The notes beneath the pieces are model-generated. The model saw only the letters and a list, made by a program, of their open reading frames with translations, made no database searches and had not been told where the DNA came from. Position numbers and translations under genes: made by a program. A DNA stretch of 64,000 nt from a virus (lineage: Duplodnaviria; Caudoviricetes): IMG/VR virus record IMGVR_UViG_3300013936_000027, positions 956-64,955 of that record; one strand, 5' to 3'. Shown here piece by piece: positions 56,635-64,000 of the stretch. Position 1 is the first letter of the stretch. Each line of letters starts with the position of its first letter.

Positions 56635-57311
56635 GAGCAGACCAAAATACAATAGGAACTCTTACATTGAACATTGGAAATAGTTGTTTCCGGAACGCTT
56701 ATAAATTGATAGAGCGTTAATTTTTAAAGCGTTATAAATAAGACTGAATAATACTTTTTGGTATAATACAAATGGCTATGTATACTTTGTTTCTAAAAAT
56801 ACATTAGGAATTTTTCAAAAAAAAGGAGGCAACTGATTTACTCTGAAATGGTTGGACTGTTGATATTATTGCTCATATTTTTAAAGGTACAGGGTGAAAT
56901 ATGAAAATAAAAAGATACAAATTGAGAGATGATGTCACAAAAGACGAATTACTTCAATGTGGATTCAAGGAAGGCGGCACTTGGATTAAGAAAGATGCAA
57001 AAATATTCTTGACACAGTGTTTCGATTATAAGAAAGCACATTTTGAGTTTTCAATTAACATTGCTTTTGATTCTAACATTGGTGACTGGAATGATTTTGA
57101 TAATGTCTTAGTTATTGATGAGAATTTTTGTCAACCATACACGCCTTTCTACGGTAAAAATTACGGAAAGGAAATAAATGATTTTGCTGCCCTTGAATAT
57201 GTAATTCAAAAATATAATGAATTTATGAGTGGGTTAAGTTTTTTAATGGAAAGATAAATTGAAACAATTTAACAAAAGCAAAGCAATAAAAAATAGCGAG
57301 GTGGACACAGA

Positions 57312-57563
57312 ATGAAAACAGCAAAGACCAGTCAGAAAACGACCAGCAAAACAGCACTTGTGCTTGATTACTTTCAGAAAAATAAAACCATTACAAGCTG
57401 GGAAGCAATTGAAGAGTTTGGGGCAACCAGATTAAGTGCAATTATTTATAATCTCCGCAAAAAATACACTATTAATGGTGTGGATAAGATTTTTACAGAT
57501 AAGTATGGTAATACATCTACATTCACAGAATATATCTATTGCGGTGAATTGCCATTGTTATAA
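57312..57563 (+). CDS. Winged helix-turn-helix protein
   Basis: ITSWEAIEEFGATRLSAIIYNLR motif. Confidence 0.7.
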   Translation: MKTAKTSQKTTSKTALVLDYFQKNKTITSWEAIEEFGATRLSAIIYNLRKKYTINGVDKIFTDKYGNTSTFTEYIYCGELPLL

Positions 57564-57583
57564 AGGGGAAAATAAAGCAATAG

Positions 57584-58552
57584 ATGAAAATTATAAAAAC
57601 ACATACTGGTAAAATTTATGTAGACACAAAACGCCAGTTAGAATTTCTTACGGTTGGTGATTATGGCAAAGAAAATAATATCAAAGCTGATTTCCTTGGT
57701 TTACATAAAGAAATCAATGGTGTTTCAAATATAGAGGTTGACATAACAGATAAGTGGGTAGCTACAATTAGCACTCAAAAAGGGTGTCCTATGAAATGTA
57801 AGTTTTGTGATTGTCCTCACTTTGGCTATCATGGAAATGCCGCTATTGAAGATTTAATTTACGAAATTCAGACAATTCTTCAGGGGGAGACCGTAAAACA
57901 TACAGACAAATTCAATGTTCATTTTGCGAGAATGGGCGAACCGACATTCAACGAAAATGTGCTTGCTTTCACAAGAAATATGTTGCGACCTCTTGTAAAT
58001 CAGTATATCAAAGCAAAGACAATTCATCCTGTGATTTCTACTATGTTACCAAAGTCTAATAAACACCTTGAAGAATTTATTTTAAAGTGGTGTGATATTA
58101 AAAATGAGGAATATAACGGAGAAGCCGGACTTCAATTTAGCATTAACAGTACTGATGATGAACAGCGAAACGACCAGTTCAATGGTATGAGTTTGAACCT
58201 TGATGAAATTTCCGCTCTTGCTACGAAGTTGCCTATGCCAAAGGGTAGAAAATACACTTTGAATTTTGCGGTTACTGCAAATACAATCCTCGATGCAAAA
58301 CGCCTTTCTGAGTTGTTTGATAAGAACAAGTTTATTGTTAAGATTACGCCTATCCATGAGACCTATTCCGCAGTAAACAATGGTTTCGATGTTACTACAT
58401 CTTATACTGATTACGATGTCTACAGAGAGTTTGAGCAGTCATTAGTTGCTGAAGGATGGGATGTAATTGTCTTTGTTCCGAGCAAAGAGGAGGATGGTGA
58501 TAGAATTACTTGTGGTAATGCTTTAATTTCCGAGTTCGATAGATATTGTTAA
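57584..58552 (+). CDS. Radical SAM enzyme, RlmN/Cfr-like
   Basis: STQKGCPMKCKFC (CxxxCxxC), MGEP and C-terminal TCG corresponding to the two RlmN catalytic Cys regions. Confidence 0.75.
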   Translation: MKIIKTHTGKIYVDTKRQLEFLTVGDYGKENNIKADFLGLHKEINGVSNIEVDITDKWVATISTQKGCPMKCKFCDCPHFGYHGNAAIEDLIYEIQTILQGETVKHTDKFNVHFARMGEPTFNENVLAFTRNMLRPLVNQYIKAKTIHPVISTMLPKSNKHLEEFILKWCDIKNEEYNGEAGLQFSINSTDDEQRNDQFNGMSLNLDEISALATKLPMPKGRKYTLNFAVTANTILDAKRLSELFDKNKFIVKITPIHETYSAVNNGFDVTTSYTDYDVYREFEQSLVAEGWDVIVFVPSKEEDGDRITCGNALISEFDRYC

Positions 58553-58594
58553 AATGTCGGTTTTATATATATTCAAAGAAAGAAGTTTAGATGA

Positions 58595-59342
58595 ATGATT
58601 AAGAATTACCCCCCCCCCGCTGAATCTGATATGTGGTGAGTGTATTGAACAACTAAAATACATCGAAGATGAAAGTATAGATTTAATAGTGACAGACCCA
58701 CCTTATAAAGTTACATCAAGAGGGAATGCGGGCAATAGTGGTGGAATGCTACAAAAAGATATAAACAAAAAAGGTCAAGTATTTATTTACAATAATATAG
58801 ATTGTTTGGAATATGCACCTGAATTTTATAGGATTTTAAAGGATGGAAGTCATTGTTATGTGATGACTAACCATACTAATCTCATACATATGCTTAATAC
58901 TTTTACTGATTTGCGGACAGATGAGGAGAAGAATAAGGGTATTAAACCTTATGGCTTTCACTTTATTAAATCGTTAATATGGGATAAACGAAATAAAATA
59001 ATGGGGCAATATTATATGTCGCAATTTGAATATATTTTGTTTTTCCGTAAAGGCAGAGGTGTTAAAATAAACAACTGTGGAACGAGTGACATACTTTCTA
59101 TTCCAAATGTCAAAACGAAGTATGTTGATGGCAGCAATTTACATGATACTGAAAAGCCAGTTGCTCTTATGAATATCCTTATTGCTAACTCATCAAAAGA
59201 AAATGATACGGTTTTAGACCCGTTCATGGGAATCGGAAGCACAGGAATTGCATGTAAAACCCTCGGTCGAAAGTTTATTGGTATCGAGATTGATAATCAT
59301 TATTATGAAATCGCCAAGCAGCGGATTCTTGATATAAATTAA
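58595..59342 (+). CDS. Beta-class amino-DNA methyltransferase (DPPY), out of frame at a C10 tract (58609-58618)
   Basis: TDPPY, HDTEKP and DPFMGIGST motifs; C9 or C12 gives MIKNYPPPLNLICGECIEQLK... in frame. Confidence 0.85.
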
Positions 59343-59384
59343 AGAGTAATTTGTAATAAAAATATACGAAAGGATATAACAAAA

Positions 59385-60026
59385 ATGAATATTTCCATTG
59401 ACATTGAAAAAGTAACGATTTCTGACGGTAAGGTAATAATTAATGTAGACCATACCCAGAAGAAATTATTTGAGGATATTCTTAAAAATAGTGTAAAACT
59501 TTCCGACCTCAACCCCGGTGATGAGTTTAAAATCGGAGAAGAAGTGTTTATTGTTTTAGAACAAACTGATAATGGCACGAGAGTTATTTCTAAAGAGTTT
59601 GCCTATAATGATGTGAAATTCGGAGATAATTCTGATTGGAAAGTATCTCATATCCGTAAGATACTCAACAACGAGTATTTTAAGAAGATTGCAGCCATTA
59701 TCGGAGAGCAGAACATTCTCTCTATGGATAGAGACCTTATCTCTCTCGATGGTTTGGATGACTATGGCGCTTGTACCGACAAGGTGAGCCTGTTGACCGC
59801 TGCGGAATATGCAAAGTACCATAAAATTCTTGGTTTGAAGTCTAACTATCCTGATTGGTGGTGGCTTATCACTCCTGCATCCACTCCGAGCAACGACTAC
59901 GCTCGTTGTGTTTGCGTTGTCATTTCCTGCGGTTTTCTTCGCTGGGGTGTCTGTGTCTATTCCTTTGGCGTTCGCCCGTTTTTAAATCTTGAATCTTCTA
60001 TCATGGTTCTTTTGAACAATGATTAA
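59385..60026 (+). CDS. DGR target protein 2 (remote; VR2 at 59901-59981)
   Basis: VR2 differs from TR at 14 adenine positions, one internal T and the terminal C. Confidence 0.9.
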   Translation: MNISIDIEKVTISDGKVIINVDHTQKKLFEDILKNSVKLSDLNPGDEFKIGEEVFIVLEQTDNGTRVISKEFAYNDVKFGDNSDWKVSHIRKILNNEYFKKIAAIIGEQNILSMDRDLISLDGLDDYGACTDKVSLLTAAEYAKYHKILGLKSNYPDWWWLITPASTPSNDYARCVCVVISCGFLRWGVCVYSFGVRPFLNLESSIMVLLNND

Positions 60027-60454
60027 CGACTGTTTATCCATTCTTGGAATTGCAATAATACAATTGATTCAAGTCGGGAAGTTTTAAAAGCATTTCTTTG
60101 TAAGAGTGTTTCAAGACGCTTAAATCTTTGATTTGCAATATCTTGCGGAAGTCCGGATAGCCTACATAATTCTTCGGCTGATGTTATACCCAGCTCTTTG
60201 AAAACAATCATAGGAGCAAGTACTCTGACTGCAAGGTATTTCGTAAATCCAGGATTATACATACCAAACAATTTTAATATACCTTCAGATACGGAAAGTG
60301 TATTTTCATATAATGATTTAGATTTATCTGTTAATTGTTGCAGGTCATATAAGGATGCAATTGCATTGATGTCAACCGGTAATTGTGAAATATTTGCGTC
60401 AATCAGCAAATCCCATGCTAAGTTCCTTATGTGTTTATATTCCTGTTCATTCAT
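60023..60454 (-). CDS. ImmA/IrrE-like protein lacking the HExxH protease core
   Basis: Retains ImmA-type N-terminus (AWDLLIDANISQLPVDI) and C-terminus (RVLAP...SAEELCRLSGL...RF). Confidence 0.55.
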   Translation of the reverse strand: MNEQEYKHIRNLAWDLLIDANISQLPVDINAIASLYDLQQLTDKSKSLYENTLSVSEGILKLFGMYNPGFTKYLAVRVLAPMIVFKELGITSAEELCRLSGLPQDIANQRFKRLETLLQRNAFKTSRLESIVLLQFQEWINSR

Positions 60455-60498
60455 AAAAAATCACCTCACAGGTATTATGCCCGTGAGATGATTAAGGA

Positions 60499-61131
60499 TT
60501 AATGGTTAATATTCTCTGTGGATTTGAGTGCCTGATAACGATAAAGTCTAATCATATCATTTTCCCAAGAAGTTTTGATTCGTGACTTTTGCCACTTTAA
60601 ATATTGTTTATATCTATAAAGAGATGCTTCGGTGGAAAGTCCGAATGTATTTTGAATATCTATGGCAGATTTTATATCAAAGAATTGAAACAAAGGAAAA
60701 GGTGCTAATAGTGTCGCTGCAAAATAATCCGCTTCCGATTCATATTGTGGGTTTATAGATTGTAAAAGGTTGTTTTCAGATATTTTATCGTATGCGGAAA
60801 TTGTATGATGTTTGCAAATAATATGTCCAATTTCATGACTGCAAGTCCATCTTTGTCTGCCAATATTATTATTGTCTTCTGTTGATTGATTGCATAGAAT
60901 CAAATATCTGTCATGTGTTATGTCATAATGTGTGCAACCTGATTTACTTTCGCAAATCTGAATAACATCATCAACAGAACATTTATTTATCTGTGCAAAT
61001 TCTTGGTAGGACATATATCTGCAATTCGGTATGTAATGAATGATTTCTTTCGTATCAATAGGAAATTGAATTGCCGGAAGCATAGAATATATCTTTAATA
61101 CCTGATTATTAATATAGGCATATCTAATCAT
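60499..61131 (-). CDS. ImmA/IrrE family metallo-endopeptidase (anti-repressor)
   Basis: RWTCSHEIGH and EADYFAATLLAP motifs. Confidence 0.9.
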   Translation of the reverse strand: MIRYAYINNQVLKIYSMLPAIQFPIDTKEIIHYIPNCRYMSYQEFAQINKCSVDDVIQICESKSGCTHYDITHDRYLILCNQSTEDNNNIGRQRWTCSHEIGHIICKHHTISAYDKISENNLLQSINPQYESEADYFAATLLAPFPLFQFFDIKSAIDIQNTFGLSTEASLYRYKQYLKWQKSRIKTSWENDMIRLYRYQALKSTENINH

Positions 61132-61487
61132 TTATCGTCACTGTCCTCCGGATTAAACGCGTAATCGAACCCAGCTCGAAGCATTTTCATCATCCTTTCT
61201 CTATCTTTTGGTGTCATCTTCTCTCTGGCTCTTTGAAACGAAATAATATCTTCATCGCCGATTATTTCAGTGACAGAGCCGACGATATCTGTTCTTCCGA
61301 GAAGATAATCAACTGAAACATCAAAATAACTTGCGATTTTAACAATCTTATCAACAGAAGGTGAACTTGTTTTCTCCCATTTTCTAATTGATGCATTTCC
61401 GAATCCTAAATCAGATTCTAATTTAGAAATCGATATGCCTTTCTGTGAACATAATTCTTTAATTCGATTATACAGAATGGACTCCAT
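61128..61487 (-). CDS. XRE-family repressor (ImmR-like)
   Basis: HTH_3 pattern; IASYFDVSVDYLLGRTD. Confidence 0.9.
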   Translation of the reverse strand: MESILYNRIKELCSQKGISISKLESDLGFGNASIRKWEKTSSPSVDKIVKIASYFDVSVDYLLGRTDIVGSVTEIIGDEDIISFQRAREKMTPKDRERMMKMLRAGFDYAFNPEDSDDK

Positions 61488-61509
61488 AATTTTTCCCTCC
61501 ACGGTGGTT

Positions 61510-61611
61510 ATATTTTCTAAAAAACAGTTGACATTTAGAATATATTCTGATACAATGCTTTCGGGTAGAAAATATGACCGAATTTTATTCTATTATATAG
61601 AATATTTTCTA
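61510..61611. promoter_or_regulatory. Divergent promoter/operator region
   Basis: TTGACA(61528)-17-TACAAT; repeated TAGAAAATAT/ATATTTTCTA half-sites and the palindrome AGAATATATTCT. Confidence 0.65.
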
Positions 61612-62345
61612 AAAAGTCAAGCGATAATTAAAAAATAAAGGAGATTTTTTATGTACTATGCAACTTATAAGAACATTGGAGATTCTGATATTACAGTGTT
61701 TAAGACTGAACAGGAGCGTGATGCATGGGTAAATTTTAAAGACCCTTATAGTAAAGCTCTTGGGGTCACTGTGGATAATTGTACTTTTGAGCGGATGGCT
61801 ATTGTGGCGGAAGAAGCAGAACCGAGAATTAAAACTATGTTACATAAGAAAGATGAATTTAATGCCGGACAGGAGTGGTATTGTGTTGAATGAAATCAGA
61901 GATACAAGAAGTAAGAATAAAGGATTAGTATTTGCCGAAACGACTACAAAAAGAGGTTTCGGAAAATTATTGTTTTCTTGACCATTATAATGAGAAGTGT
62001 TCTTTGCAGATGAGTTCTACGGGAACTGATGAATGTGTTTAGCTTGGAGTTGGAAACGCAGAACCAAGAATTTTGACAACGGATGCAATTAGGCTCGGAG
62101 TAATAAAAGAGGAAGATGCGAAGTGAAAAAGACGATTAATTATCTTAATATATTAGATGATACAGAATATCTAATACAGGAAGGTAATTATCAGGCAAGT
62201 AAAAGAAGATTTATTGTATTTAGGTGTAAATAAAATTCTTGTTTTATTATAAAAAAATAATAAATATTTTTGAAAAACCTCTTGACACAACTATAAAACT
62301 GAGGTATAATATGTCTGTAACCGAAAGGAGATTGGAGGTGGTTAG

Positions 62346-63116
62346 TTGGCAGCTTGTTTAAGTAAGTTAGATAAAACATCTGGGATTTACGAAATTAGAA
62401 ATCTTTTTAATAATAAAAGATACATTGGGCAGTCTCAAAATATGTATGTTCGTACGAACAAACATATAGCGTTATTAAGGAATGGTAGCCATTGTAATAA
62501 GCACTTGCAATCTGCGTGGAATGAATAATATGGAGAAGATTCATTTATATGTAGCGTATTAGAGTATTGTGGTGAACCTCAATTAAATGAGAAAGAATTA
62601 TTTTGGATTGAGCATTATCATTCAAATGATAAAAATTATGGTTATAATATTCGTCTAAATCCATTTGATAATCGTGGGTTAAAATGGACAGACGAACAAA
62701 GAGATAAAATGCTACAACACATAAATGAAGATGGTAGTTATTATAGAAATCATAAAATTCCGAAGAAAACATTAGAAAAGGCTTGGGAATCAAGCCGAAG
62801 GCGAGTTTGGTCAGAAGATGAAAGAAAAAGGCATTCTCAAATCTTAACTGGAACAAAAGTTAAAGACACCAAAAATATGAGAATTGCTCAAACCGGAGAG
62901 TCAAATAATTATGCTAAACTCAAACAAAATGAGGTTGAAGAAATTATATATCTTTTAACCTGCGGACATTCGCAAACATATTTGTCAAAATTATATGATG
63001 TATCTTGCTCCACAATTCACGCTATAAAAGTCAAAAGGTCTTGGTCTTGTTTAAATTGGGAAAATATAAATAGCAGTAGTACAATAAAAAATAGAGCATT
63101 AAAAAAGATTTCGTAG
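62346..63116 (+). pseudogene. Free-standing GIY-YIG endonuclease with an in-frame TAA (62526-62528)
   Basis: GIYEIRN...YIGQS; the frame resumes YGEDSF...GYNI and continues into ORF 62709-63116. Confidence 0.75.
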
Positions 63117-63127
63117 GGAGCGATAGT

Positions 63128-63454
63128 TTGGATTACAAATGCGAAAAATGCGGATGCATCAGAGTTTATGCAAAACCAAGCGGTAGAAGAATCGGTATTT
63201 ATTGCGCCGATTGCAATGCTTGGATTTGCTGGACTACATATTCCAAAATGTGTGAACTTTACAAGAGGAAAGATGAAGGTAATTTAAACGATAAGGTGTC
63301 GTTAAAAAAAATCTTCAAGAAGAGCGGAATAACGACAATGCGATGTTCCAAATGCGATTGTCTGTTATATAATTCGTGTAAGCCAAAAGTACAAGGTCAA
63401 TTTGACTTGGTAAATGCAAAGTTCTGTCCGAAGTGCGGCAGAAAATTGCTTTAA
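63128..63454 (+). CDS. Zn-ribbon protein
   Basis: Four CxxC pairs. Confidence 0.6.
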   Translation: MDYKCEKCGCIRVYAKPSGRRIGIYCADCNAWICWTTYSKMCELYKRKDEGNLNDKVSLKKIFKKSGITTMRCSKCDCLLYNSCKPKVQGQFDLVNAKFCPKCGRKLL

Positions 63455-63515
63455 TTTTTAGATTTTAAAAATAAGATAGAATAACACACATAATGTTTTT
63501 AAGAAAGGTATAGAA

Positions 63516-64000
63516 ATGAAAATAACAAACCAATGGATTAACGGGGATTGTTTAAAGGAATTGAAGAAACTTCCTGATGAAAGTGTTCATCTGATTATTA
63601 CATCCCCCCCCTATCACAATTTAAGAGTGTATAGCAATGACCCATGTGATTTATCAAATTGCGAAACATATGATGAATATTATTATCTTCTTGGATTGGT
63701 AATTGCAGAATGTAAAAGGGTTCTTATCCCCGGTGGAAAATTTGTAATTCAATATGAAGATTACAATTATACTCTTGGTCGAGACGGCAAAAATGGGCAG
63801 GAGAGCTTGACTGGTGAAATTAACAGTCTATTTTTAAATAACAATTTTTCTCTATGGACTAAAGCGTTTTGGCGCAAATATTCTGCGCAGAGAGCAATGC
63901 TTGCACAGGGGAATCTCTACTATAGGAATATGAAAGCCAGAGATACGATTCTCGCAGCCAATGTAGGCTTTGTATATGTGTATAAAAAAGAAGGTAATTG
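63516..64000 (+). CDS. Beta-class amino-DNA methyltransferase (SPPY), partial; in-frame C8 tract
   Basis: GDCLKELKKLPDESVHLIITSPPY; TCC CCC CCC TAT at 63603-63614; runs off the window. Confidence 0.85.
   Translation, partial: MKITNQWINGDCLKELKKLPDESVHLIITSPPYHNLRVYSNDPCDLSNCETYDEYYYLLGLVIAECKRVLIPGGKFVIQYEDYNYTLGRDGKNGQESLTGEINSLFLNNNFSLWTKAFWRKYSAQRAMLAQGNLYYRNMKARDTILAANVGFVYVYKKEGN

Noticed and set aside
1-64000. Genome-wide stop-codon reassignment
   Set aside because: Long genes are intact under code 11; TAG ends terL and the HU gene before a next RBS; no suppressor tRNA seen.

Overview
About 64 kb from the middle of a large, low-GC temperate siphophage (or prophage) of a Clostridia-like Bacillota host, with an SPbeta-like layout. 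Left arm (minus strand, 1-25.9 kb): an intact morphogenesis operon (tape-measure start, tyrosine recombinase, tail, head-tail, capsid, protease/scaffold, portal, terminase), two tRNAs, and a YonO-like single-subunit RNA polymerase gene split by two group I introns, one of them inside the DxDGD catalytic motif. A 1.7 kb AT-rich, repeat- and palindrome-rich non-coding gap separates it from the right arm (plus strand), which holds sigmaA-driven early and accessory genes. These include a SAM-I riboswitch, two more tyrosine-recombinase-fold genes, a diversity-generating retroelement with one adjacent and one remote target, two tRNAs flanking a candidate large structured RNA, an RlmN-like radical SAM gene, an ImmR/ImmA switch with an apparently protease-dead ImmA paralog, and three DNA methyltransferase loci. 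The most unusual element is the C5-cytosine methyltransferase locus (54.5-56.7 kb). It is a split, circularly permuted catalytic core interleaved with a chain of small target-recognition-like modules, most carrying a poly-G tract that sets the reading frame, which suggests a phase-variable, mix-and-match multispecific methyltransferase. Family assignments come from motif recognition by eye, not database searches. Homopolymer frameshifts could partly be assembly errors or prophage decay.
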